A stretch of 34,439 bases of DNA from a bacterium (GTDB taxonomy: Bacteria; Cyanobacteriota; Vampirovibrionia; Gastranaerophilales; JBAXKC01), in the NCBI GenBank assembly GCA_037137535.1, contig JBAXKC010000027.1, forward strand, positions 1-34,439, in the 5' to 3' direction. Positions 8,955 through 18,800 of the stretch are shown piece after piece. Position 1 is the stretch's first letter; each line of letters starts with the position of its first letter. Position numbers and translations under genes: made by a program. The notes below the pieces were generated by a model that saw only the letters and a program-made list of their open reading frames with translations, was not told where the DNA came from and did no database searches.

Positions 8955-9581
8955 TTATAAATTCAAATTATCAAGAATTTTAGTCAAATCTTTTTCATTT
9001 ATAACGATATTTGCTTCTTTTCTTAAAACTTCCTTTGCACAAAAAGCTACTCTTGTTTCAGCAAACTTGAACATACTTAAATCATTAGCTCCATCACCAA
9101 CAGCCATAGTATTTTCAGGTGATATTTTTAAAATATTCTGCAAACGGGTAAGCATATCGCCTTTACTACTGTTAAACATCATTTCACCACCAACAAGACC
9201 CGTTAAAAGACCGTTTTTAGAGTGAAGAATATTTGAAAAGTCAGCATCTAACCCGAGAAACTCTGAAGCCGGCACAGTAGCTGTTTTAAAGCCGCCACTA
9301 AAACATACGACTACAAATCCTGCTTTTTTTAGTTCAGTTACAGTTTCTTTTGCTCCATTCATAAGCGGAAGATTTTTGCAGATATATTCTACTTTATCGG
9401 TACTTATATTTTTTAAAAGACTTACTCTTGTAATTAAACTTTCAAAAAAATCCATTTCGCCTTGCATTGCTTTATTGGTAATTTGGGCCACTTCTTCTTG
9501 CATATTACATTCTTTAGCTATAAGTTCTATGGTTTCGCCATCCATTAAAGTTGAGTCAAAATCAAATACGGCAAGTTTCAT
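8955..9581 (-). CDS. serB: Phosphoserine phosphatase (HAD family, short form without ACT domain)
   Basis: FDFDSTL, SGGF, K and GDGANDL HAD motifs, plus DFFESL..RV. Confidence 0.93.
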   Translation of the reverse strand: MKLAVFDFDSTLMDGETIELIAKECNMQEEVAQITNKAMQGEMDFFESLITRVSLLKNISTDKVEYICKNLPLMNGAKETVTELKKAGFVVVCFSGGFKTATVPASEFLGLDADFSNILHSKNGLLTGLVGGEMMFNSSKGDMLTRLQNILKISPENTMAVGDGANDLSMFKFAETRVAFCAKEVLRKEANIVINEKDLTKILDNLNL

Positions 9582-9663
9582 TCTACTTCCTTTACTATAA
9601 AAATTATTAATATTTCTCTACTTTAACAGATTTCAAAGTATTTTTAAAACAATGATTTTCAAC

Positions 9664-9695
9664 AAAAAAGCTCTGAACATATATGTTCAGAGCTT
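9664..9695 (-). terminator. Rho-independent terminator of the GT2 gene
   Basis: Perfect palindrome AAGCTCTGAACATATATGTTCAGAGCTT (9668-9695) with an adjacent A-run, i.e. a U-tail on the minus strand. Confidence 0.8.
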
Positions 9696-9716
9696 CAAGC
9701 CATTTTATCAAAAGAT

Positions 9717-10709
9717 TTAATATGTCTTTGAATAGTTTTTTAAAGATTGGTATACTTCCTCAGGAATAAGTAAATCTAAAATATAGTCAATTTTCCTTAT
9801 ACTTCTTTTTATTACAGATTTTTGAGAGGCCTTATATTTAAGTAGATGACAAAAAGATTTCAACTTATTACCACTCTTTTTCTCCATATAATAATTAATA
9901 TAATTTATTCTATTTTCCAATGATTTTATAAGATATTTAGAGTTTTTATCATTATATTTCTGCAAACTGTTTATCGTATATTGATAAAAGTTGGTATCAA
10001 TATCTTTAAGCTCTGAATTATTATTATAATTTACCGCCCTATAGCTTTCATGATGCTGTCTAAATCCGTTTAATCTTTTATTAATAAAATAAATATCATC
10101 ATAGATTAAAGGTAAAACATGCAAGTATAAATCAGCACTTCCTATAAATTCTTCAGGTATTGGCATTATTTTTTCTAATAGTTCCCTTTTAAATGATTGT
10201 CCTGAAGTTTCAGCCATAAATAAAAATGAGCTAAAATTATCTGCTACTGATAATTTATATAAATTTTCATCAAGTTTATTTATAAACTGTAAAAAATATT
10301 CAGTAGTAGAACTAATCTGTTTATCGATATGCTCTCCGAACAACTCCACAAGGTTAAAAACACATAAACAATTATGCTTTTCATAAGTATCGCAAACTTC
10401 TTGAATTTTATCAGGGTAAAAAATATCATCAGAATCTAATAAAAAGACAATATCACCTATGGAATGCTGAAAAGCTGTATTAAAAGCTGAAGCCTGTCCT
10501 CCGTTTTCTTTTTCAATAAATTTAATTCTATCTTTGTATTTTTCCAATCGTTGTGAGGTATCATCACTTGACCCATCGTCAACAACAATTATTTCAATTT
10601 TTTCCTGTGGATAGGTCTGACTAAAAACACTTTCTATAGTTTCTTCTATATAGTGTCCATAATTATAACTGTCAATTAATACTGAAACTGATAATTTATC
10701 CTTACTCAT
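9717..10709 (-). CDS. Glycosyltransferase family 2
   Basis: VSVLIDSYNY, VVDDGS, NGGQASAFN and LDSDD. Start moved to ATG 10709 because GAGGT lies upstream of it (track start 10724 is TTG). Confidence 0.9.
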   Translation of the reverse strand: MSKDKLSVSVLIDSYNYGHYIEETIESVFSQTYPQEKIEIIVVDDGSSDDTSQRLEKYKDRIKFIEKENGGQASAFNTAFQHSIGDIVFLLDSDDIFYPDKIQEVCDTYEKHNCLCVFNLVELFGEHIDKQISSTTEYFLQFINKLDENLYKLSVADNFSSFLFMAETSGQSFKRELLEKIMPIPEEFIGSADLYLHVLPLIYDDIYFINKRLNGFRQHHESYRAVNYNNNSELKDIDTNFYQYTINSLQKYNDKNSKYLIKSLENRINYINYYMEKKSGNKLKSFCHLLKYKASQKSVIKRSIRKIDYILDLLIPEEVYQSLKNYSKTY

Positions 10710-11079
10710 AATCAAAAACCTCAAATTTTTAGGTATACTTGTAAAATTTTTAATAACTTAAACTACTTTATAAGTATGTTAATTAGCTATGTATATAATC
10801 AACAAGCTAAAATTTTAATAATAATAACTACAAATAATATTATTAACTTTTATAATTACTCCCTTATTTTTAGTATTTACTTGTATTTCCATAAGTAGAA
10901 ACTTTCATTATTTAGCTTTATTTATTTAAAGATTAATAAATTATAGTAATTTATTTATAGTCAGTAGGCTATTTAAGCATTAAGCAACAAATACTATAAT
11001 ATTTTTTCAATAATCAAAAAAAATATAGTTTTACTGATTATTTCTTAATATCAGTAAAGATTAATGGGGAATAAGGCTG

Positions 11080-12249
11080 ATGATACCGTTTAATGTACCT
11101 TGCTTAACAAATAATGAAATAAAATATATAAATGAGGTTTTTTCTCATAAAAGTTTATCGGGAGACGGTGACTTTACTAAAAGATGTAATAAATGGTTTG
11201 AGGACAATTTTGGTTGTCAAAAAATATTATTAACTACTTCTTGCACCCATTCTCTTGAAATGAGTGCAATATTAGCGAATATAAGCAAAGATGATGAAGT
11301 GATAATGCCATCTTTTACCTTTGTTTCAACAGCAAACGCATTCGTTTTAAGAGGAGCTAAAATTGTTTTTGTTGATATAAGACCTGATACGATGAATATT
11401 AATGAAAAACTTATAGAAGCAGCTGTTACCGAAAGAACTAAAGCGATAATTCCTGTTCATTATGCAGGTATTGCCTGCGATATGGACATAATTAACGATA
11501 TAGCTTCAAGACACAATTTAATAGTCATAGAAGATGCCGCTCAAGCGGTTATGAGCAAATATAAAGGGAAACCGCTTGGAACAATAGGCAATATGGGATG
11601 TTACAGCTTTCATGAAACCAAAAACTATAATTGCGGAGAAGGCGGAGCTATTTTATTAAATAACGCAGAATTATTTGAGAAAGCTGAAATTATAAGAGAA
11701 AAAGGTACTAATAGATCAAGATATTTAAGAGGACAAGTTGATAAATACAGTTGGGTAGATGTTGGTTCTTCCTATCTTCCAAGTGAAATAAACGCTGCTT
11801 GTTTATATGCTCAAATGGAAAAAGCAGAAGAAATAAATAATAACAGAATCCAAACATGGAATATCTACAATAATTCTTTAAAATCACTTGAAGAAAAAGG
11901 CTTGATAGAATTACCAAAAGTGCCTGATTATTGTCAACATAACGGACATTTATTCTATATAAAAACTAAAGATTTAGAAGAACGAACTCAACTGATTGAT
12001 TATTTAAAACAAAATAATATAACTCCTGCTTTTCATTATGTTCCACTTCATAGTTCTGAAGCCGGTGTTCAATATGGTAGGTTTCATGGTGAAGATCAAT
12101 ATACTACAAAAGATAGCGAAAGACTTTTAAGATTACCTTTATACTATGGAATTGAAATTCAAGACGTGAATTTTATAGTTGATAGTATAAGAAAATTCTA
12201 CGTTAAAAGTAAGTTTACTCTAAAAAATGAAGTATTAAATTTTTCCTAA
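11080..12249 (+). CDS. wecE: dTDP-4-amino-4,6-dideoxygalactose transaminase (DegT/DnrJ family)
   Basis: MIPFN.P, LTTSCTHSLE, EDAAQ, SFHETKN (PLP Lys), REKGTNRS and FHYVPLH are characteristic of WecE/RffA. Confidence 0.9.
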   Translation: MIPFNVPCLTNNEIKYINEVFSHKSLSGDGDFTKRCNKWFEDNFGCQKILLTTSCTHSLEMSAILANISKDDEVIMPSFTFVSTANAFVLRGAKIVFVDIRPDTMNINEKLIEAAVTERTKAIIPVHYAGIACDMDIINDIASRHNLIVIEDAAQAVMSKYKGKPLGTIGNMGCYSFHETKNYNCGEGGAILLNNAELFEKAEIIREKGTNRSRYLRGQVDKYSWVDVGSSYLPSEINAACLYAQMEKAEEINNNRIQTWNIYNNSLKSLEEKGLIELPKVPDYCQHNGHLFYIKTKDLEERTQLIDYLKQNNITPAFHYVPLHSSEAGVQYGRFHGEDQYTTKDSERLLRLPLYYGIEIQDVNFIVDSIRKFYVKSKFTLKNEVLNFS

Positions 12250-12288
12250 AACAAATTCATACTATTTTGTCAACATGAGGTAAATCCA

Positions 12289-13245
12289 ATGAAAGTTTCT
12301 GTTATTATTTGTACTTATAATTATGCTCATCTTATAAGTGAAACGATAGAAAGTGTTTTAAATCAATCCTATCCACAAGAAAAAATTGAAATAATTGTCG
12401 TTGATGATGGTTCAACTGATAATACAAAAGAGGTTGTTCAAAAATTCAAAAATAAAGTCACATATATACATAAAAATAATGAAGGGCAAACTTCTGCTTT
12501 TAACGTGGGATTTAATAACTCAAACGGTGAAGTAATTTTCTTTCTTGATTCAGATGATCTATTTTATCCTGATAAAATTAAAAAAGTTTGCGAAGTTTAT
12601 CAAAAATACAATGCTAAAGCTGTCTATAATTCATTATTATTATTTGGAGATGACATTAAATCAAAAGAATTTGCATCAAGAAATTATTCATTAAATTTTA
12701 TAAATAAAATAAATGAAAATACTTATAAAATGAATTACAAGGACATTAAAAATTCTTATCATTTTCTTGCAGAAACATCAGGACAGTCATATAAACGAGA
12801 ATTACTAAAAAAAATATTTTCATGCCCGTTAAATATAAGTCCTCATTTGGATTTCTACTTACAAGCTATGACACTCTTATATGAAGACATCTATGTTTTA
12901 GCACTTCCCCTAACAGGATACAGGCAACACTCTCAAAGTTTCAGTTCCGCTTATAAAAGTAAAAATACCGATAAAAAACAAAAAGAAATTGCTAAAATTA
13001 AATTCATTAGGGATGTATTAAATACTCACATAGACAAAGAACCTGCAAAAACTATAGCCGACTCGATTAATAACCATTTATATTATTTAAAATATAATCT
13101 TGAAAAAGCTAAAAATAATAAATCGAAAGGGCTGGTTTATCTTCTTAAATATAAAACTTCTCCAACCACTCCTCAAGAAAAATTCAAGAACAAATTAAGA
13201 TATATTTATCAACTTTTCATAGACAACAAGGAACTGTCGACATGA
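12289..13245 (+). CDS. Glycosyltransferase family 2 (paralog of 9717-10709)
   Basis: VSVIICTYNY, VVDDGSTD and LDSDD. RBS GAGGT. Confidence 0.92.
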   Translation: MKVSVIICTYNYAHLISETIESVLNQSYPQEKIEIIVVDDGSTDNTKEVVQKFKNKVTYIHKNNEGQTSAFNVGFNNSNGEVIFFLDSDDLFYPDKIKKVCEVYQKYNAKAVYNSLLLFGDDIKSKEFASRNYSLNFINKINENTYKMNYKDIKNSYHFLAETSGQSYKRELLKKIFSCPLNISPHLDFYLQAMTLLYEDIYVLALPLTGYRQHSQSFSSAYKSKNTDKKQKEIAKIKFIRDVLNTHIDKEPAKTIADSINNHLYYLKYNLEKAKNNKSKGLVYLLKYKTSPTTPQEKFKNKLRYIYQLFIDNKELST

Positions 13246-13255
13246 TTTAATAAGG

Positions 13256-13284
13256 TTGTACATTCCGCTTTTATAAGTGATAAT
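13256..13284 (+). promoter_or_regulatory. Putative sigma-70 promoter
   Basis: TTGTAC-N17-GATAAT upstream of the YkgJ-family gene. Confidence 0.45.
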
Positions 13285-13305
13285 ATTCATAAAAGTGAGA
13301 AATTT

Positions 13306-13962
13306 ATGCAAATTTGTAAATCTTGTGCAGGTGGTTGTTGTCGAAATTATTCTGTTGCTATAACAGGATATGATATTTTAAACATATCAAAAACACTTGG
13401 TATTGATCCTATTTCATTTATTCAGATTGTAGAAATTGAAGATGAAGCTGATTTTGAATACAAATCAAAGCATGCAGCTTTATTTAAGTTTACAGATGCT
13501 AAAAAAGATGTTTTTTATATGTTTGGAATGAGAATGGTTGAAAGCCAACTTGTTCAAGGAACTGCAAAATGCCAGTTTCTTATGGAATGGTATTATAATC
13601 GAAACAATCCATCAATTGATCAAATAATTGCTAGATGTGGGATTTATAATTGCAGACCGCTTATTTGTTCTGCCTTTCCTTCTAAATTTGATTCAACAGA
13701 AAACAGAGGCGTGGTTTTAAATTTAAGCTCAATAAGTGAAAGCAAAGAACACCCTATTTATAACCTATGTTCAGGAACAATTGCAGGTGAAGAAGTTGAC
13801 AGGGCCGCTGATGACATAATGAAAGCCCTTATTTTACGCAAATTCGAATTAGATTATTTTAAAAATCTAGCTTCTTATTGGAATGAAAAACCCGGAACCA
13901 TAACAGAATTTTTAGTTTTTATGCAAAATGCTTATCAAGATAGAGTTTACGTTGATCAATAA
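13306..13962 (+). CDS. YkgJ-family cysteine-cluster (Zn/Fe-chelating) protein
   Basis: CKSCAGGCC, CQFL and CGIYNCRPLICSAFP. Confidence 0.88.
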   Translation: MQICKSCAGGCCRNYSVAITGYDILNISKTLGIDPISFIQIVEIEDEADFEYKSKHAALFKFTDAKKDVFYMFGMRMVESQLVQGTAKCQFLMEWYYNRNNPSIDQIIARCGIYNCRPLICSAFPSKFDSTENRGVVLNLSSISESKEHPIYNLCSGTIAGEEVDRAADDIMKALILRKFELDYFKNLASYWNEKPGTITEFLVFMQNAYQDRVYVDQ

Positions 13963-13993
13963 AAAACAGGGATAGTGTAAAACTATCCCTGTT
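13961..13993. terminator. Terminator between convergent genes
   Basis: AACAGGGATAGT-GTAAA-ACTATCCCTGTT (12-bp stem) with an A-run on the left. Confidence 0.85.
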
Positions 13994-14022
13994 CTAGGCT
14001 TAAATAATAAATGTAATTTACC

Positions 14023-15741
14023 TTAAATTTTAAAAATAGCGATTTGTTTTTTTAAATTATCGGTAATTTGGGCAAACGATTGTAAATTGGTATTAATTTC
14101 ATGCAGATTAGCCGTCTGCTCTTCTGTAATTGCAGCTATTTCTTCTGCATTCACCGCAGATTTGTCTGTTATTAAATAAACATTTTCCATTGTCTTTGTA
14201 ATATCCTCTGAATTTTGAACAAGACCGCTTATTTCGCTATTTATACTGCCTACATTTATTGCAGTTTCTTTTACGGCACTAAGAATCTGATTTAAAACGT
14301 TGCTGACATTACCGATACTTTCCACCCCTTCAGCAACCTCTGTAGCACCTTTCTCCATTACTTCAACTGCATTATTTGCACTATTTTGAATTTCTTTTAC
14401 CATTTCAGTAATTTTATCTGTAGCATCAGCTGATTGTCCTGCAAGTTTTTTAACCTCTTCTGCTACAACAGCAAAGCCTTTGCCCTGTTCTCCGGCTCTA
14501 GCTGCTTCAATAGCGGCATTAAGAGCTAAAAGATTTGTTTGCCCCGCAATACTTTTAATTAAATCAACAATAACTTCAATTTCAGAACTTAAAACACCAA
14601 GATTATTTATTGTAGTTGAAACTTGCCACGTTGTTTCTTTAATTTTATAAATCTTGCTAACGGCTATATCAGACTGTTTACGACCATTATTAACATTATC
14701 TTCTGCAAGTTTAGACATTTTTAACGTACTTACACTTGATTCTAAAACTTTATTCACCTTGTTATTAATCAAGTTGATATTTTCAAGGCTTATATTTACG
14801 CTATTTGCTTGATTTTGAGTGCCAATAGCTAATTTTTGAGCGCTTGTAGAAACTTTTTGCGAACCTAATGAAGTTTGTTCTGCGGATAACATCATCTTTT
14901 CAGAACATGAGGTTACATCTCCAACTGTATTTGAAACTTGAGTAATTAACTTTTTAAAATTAGAAATAAATTTATTAAAAGATCTGTTTAACTCGCCCAT
15001 TTCTGTATCGCTGTTATCATTGGAAATCAATACATTAAGATTATTTTCAGCTAATTGATTACTTATTTTTGTAAGGTTTTTAATAGGTGCAATAATACTT
15101 TTAAACACAAACATAGCTAATAAAAATACACTTATAAAAATACAGAAATTGAAAAACATTATCCAATTAAGAGTAATAGCTTTATTGTTATCTATTTTTA
15201 ATGCTTCTTTCTCAGCACCTTTTTCTAGTATTTCTGTAATTGTATTAATATGCTCACGAGCAACATCAAAACTTTCGCTCTGTGATTTAAAATCACCTTC
15301 TCCTTTTATAACCTTATTTGATTTGTCTTTCCAGTTATTAAAATCTGTTTTAAATTCATCAAAATTATCAAATACTGATTTATTCTCTTGTTTGTATTGC
15401 TCCCAAACAGAATGATTTTTTTCTAAAATATCTTTAGCTTTACCTATTCTTTCCTCAACCTGTTTCATATTTGATTCATAAGTATCAAACATATCTTTTC
15501 TTTTATCATTATTATGTTCAACAATATATTCCTGCATAGCCGACAAAGATTGGTAATAATCTCTATCTGCATTTAAAACAAGGTCTAAACTTTTTAATCC
15601 TTGATTATATAATATTGATTGAAGATCATAACTTATTTTATTTGTGGTCATTGTATAAATGTAAACTGTACAAAACAAAGTGATAAAAGGAATAATAAGA
15701 AGAATCCATAATTTCTTAGATAAGGTTAAATTTTGCAACAT
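14023..15741 (-). CDS. Methyl-accepting chemotaxis protein (TM, sensor, TM, HAMP, signalling domain)
   Basis: [37 protein letters not shown] hairpin tip, two TM helices and a HAMP domain. ATG 15741 follows GGAG; the track start is GTG 15747. Confidence 0.95.
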   Translation of the reverse strand: MLQNLTLSKKLWILLIIPFITLFCTVYIYTMTTNKISYDLQSILYNQGLKSLDLVLNADRDYYQSLSAMQEYIVEHNNDKRKDMFDTYESNMKQVEERIGKAKDILEKNHSVWEQYKQENKSVFDNFDEFKTDFNNWKDKSNKVIKGEGDFKSQSESFDVAREHINTITEILEKGAEKEALKIDNNKAITLNWIMFFNFCIFISVFLLAMFVFKSIIAPIKNLTKISNQLAENNLNVLISNDNSDTEMGELNRSFNKFISNFKKLITQVSNTVGDVTSCSEKMMLSAEQTSLGSQKVSTSAQKLAIGTQNQANSVNISLENINLINNKVNKVLESSVSTLKMSKLAEDNVNNGRKQSDIAVSKIYKIKETTWQVSTTINNLGVLSSEIEVIVDLIKSIAGQTNLLALNAAIEAARAGEQGKGFAVVAEEVKKLAGQSADATDKITEMVKEIQNSANNAVEVMEKGATEVAEGVESIGNVSNVLNQILSAVKETAINVGSINSEISGLVQNSEDITKTMENVYLITDKSAVNAEEIAAITEEQTANLHEINTNLQSFAQITDNLKKQIAIFKI

Positions 15742-15875
15742 AAACACTCCACTATTTTTTAAACTATTTTATTTAATTGAACATACCTTATTGCCTAGCT
15801 AATTTTAAAGCATAGAGTTAAATATGTCTATAAAAACCTAAAATAATTTTTCACCAATAAGTAAAAATTAAAACT

Positions 15876-18800
15876 TTATTTTGCTTTAACAAGAGGTAAT
15901 GTAAAAGAGAATGTAGCTCCTTTATTTATTTTACTTCTTACGTTAATTGTACCGCCCAACATTTCAATAATTTTTTTAGATATTGCAAGTCCTAGTCCTG
16001 TGCCTCCATAGATTCTTGAGGTTGAAGAATCTGCCTGAGTGAAAGATTCAAAAATCTTTTGCAAATTGTCTTCTGAAATACCTATTCCTGTGTCTTTAAT
16101 TTCAAAATAAAAAGTAACAGTATCTTGTTCTTCGTTTAAATTTTTGACAATAATACTGACTTTACCGCTATGAGTGAATTTAACAGCATTATTCACAAGA
16201 TTATTCAATACTTGTTTAATCCTTATAGGATCTCCATAAAACTTTCCAGGAACATCATTATCAAATGTTACATCTAAACCTATTTCTTTTTGATTTGCGT
16301 CTATGATTGAAGAATTAACAACATCCTCAATAAGCACTTTTAAATCAAAAACAATACTTTGAACTGACATTTTACCTGCTTCAATTTTGGAAAAATCTAA
16401 AATATCATTGATAATATGCAAAAGCGAATCTGAAGCCTTTCTTAAATTAGTTACAAAGCGTTCCTGCTTATTATCAAGATTCGTGCCGAGTAATAACTGT
16501 ATAAATCCTATAACTCCATTCATTGGCGTTCTTATTTCATGACTCATATTCGCAAGAAACTCGCTTTTTGCTTTAGCGGCCTCTTGAGCTTTAGAATAAA
16601 GCCCTGCCTGATTTATTGCCAAATAAATCTGATCCGCAATTGATTCAACAAAAGCAATTTCATCCCTATTCCAACATCTATAACGTTCAACAGAAGTTAA
16701 TCCAATCATGCCCCATTTATCAGAGCCGTTTTTAATACCTAAACATGCCAGCGATTTAACACCGATAGACTCATAACATTGTATTAAATAATCAGGTAAA
16801 TCAGATTCATAAAGGTTATCAATAATTACAGTATTACCCTTATCTAACAGTATTTCTGCCCAATATTCAAAATAACTGTCATTAAAGTTTTTTGAATCTT
16901 CAAACGTTTTAATGGAAGGATCTACTTTATATTCATATCTATATATTGATTTTCTTGGAACTTCATTAGAAAGAGAAGTTATTACAACTCTGTCAATTTT
17001 AAAAAGCTCAGCCAATTCTTTACATATAATTTGTAAAGTTTCATTTATATCAAGAGAGCTTCTGATTGTTTCAACGATTTTCCTTGATAATACTTCACGT
17101 TCAGCATTTTTTCTTTCATTTTCAGCTTGTTTCTTAGTTATAGAATACAATTCAGCATGTTTAATAGCTATATAAATTTGCCCTGCAATTGTTTCTATTA
17201 AAGTAATATCATCATCACTCCAATTTTTATAGACTTTATTGCTTGCTAAACCTATTACTCCCCATGTATCGTCTTCCTGCTTGATTGGAGTAGCCAGTAA
17301 TGATTTTGCCCCTAATTTATTATAAATCTCCTTCACATAATCAGGAAGCTCAGATTCTAAGATATTATTTATAAAGATAGTTTTGCCTTCAGTTAATATT
17401 AAATCCCATAAATAGTTATAAACTTCAGGTTTAATCTTGATAGAATTATGACCTTTTACAAAAGAATCAACCTTATATTCTCTTCTCAAAGTGTCTTCAA
17501 TATTTATAGGAATTACGTCTGGACATTCATGAATAATTGCTCTATCTATTTCAAATAGCTTTACAACTTCCTCACAAATAATACTTAAAGTTTCATTTAT
17601 ATCTAAAGAACTTCTGATTACTTCTGCTACTTTTCTTAATAAAGATTCTCTTTCAGCTTGTTTTTTTATATTCGTATATAATTCTATTTGCTTTATTGCA
17701 ATTGCAAATTGATCCGAAACGGCTTCAGTTAAACTAATCTCCTCATCAGTCCAATATTTAATATCATCAAATTCAGTTATGCCAATAGCTCCCCATATTT
17801 TATTATTAAATTTTATAGGAACAACTAATATTGATTTTACTCCTAATGCAGAATAATAATCTTGCCAAAAAGGCTCTTTACAAAATTCATATACATTATT
17901 AACAACTATTGTTTCTTTATTTTCTTCTAACAATTTTTGCCAATATTTTATTATATTTTCAATTAAGGTCTTTTGTACTAAATTATGTGTTTTGTATTCA
18001 GAATATTCGTATAAGTGTTCCCAAACATTATTAGAATTAAAATCTAAATATTTAATTATCCCAACTCTCGAGCAGTTTAGAGCTTTTGCAAGTTCTTTAC
18101 TTACTGTTTCTGCTATTTCATAAAGATCAAAAGAACTTCTTATTACCTGAGTTACTTTTCTTAAAGTACGTTCTCTTGCAGCCTGTTTTTTAGTTTTAGT
18201 AAACAGCTCGGCCTGCCTAATTGCTAAATATATATATTTAGCAAGCGATAGCAGTAATTCAATATCATCCTCAGTCCATTTTCTATAATAACTATTCTGA
18301 TAAATTGCAATTATTCCCCATTTATCATCACCTTTTTTAATCGGGACATTTAATATTGACTTTGTACCTAAAAGTTGATGAACATCTCTATAAAAATCGG
18401 GAACTATATCATCATTAATATTATCAACAACTATATTTTTTCCTTCTTCTAAAATAGTTTCACCTAAATATCGAGTTACTTCTGATGATATTTCTATTTC
18501 AGTATGTTTAATCAATAAATCCGAAGAAGCATATTCACTCACTAATGAAAATTTTGAATAATCTTGAGGTAACTCATACTCTGCCACCGCAACTCTATCA
18601 ACATTAAATAAATCAAGAATTTCTTTACAAATTATAGTGAAAACTTCATTTAAATCGAGATTTGTTCCGATTGCATCCATAATTCTTTTAACAGCCTGAT
18701 TTTTTTCAACCTGTTTTTGAGTAATTGAATAAAGTTTAGCTTGAGTTAAAGCAATACCTGCCTGATTTGTAATTGTAAGTAACAATTCAAGCTCATCAGA

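Noticed and set aside
15780-15820. Sigma-28 promoter for the MCP (GGCAATAA on minus strand)
   Set aside because: Both boxes are poor matches to the consensus.
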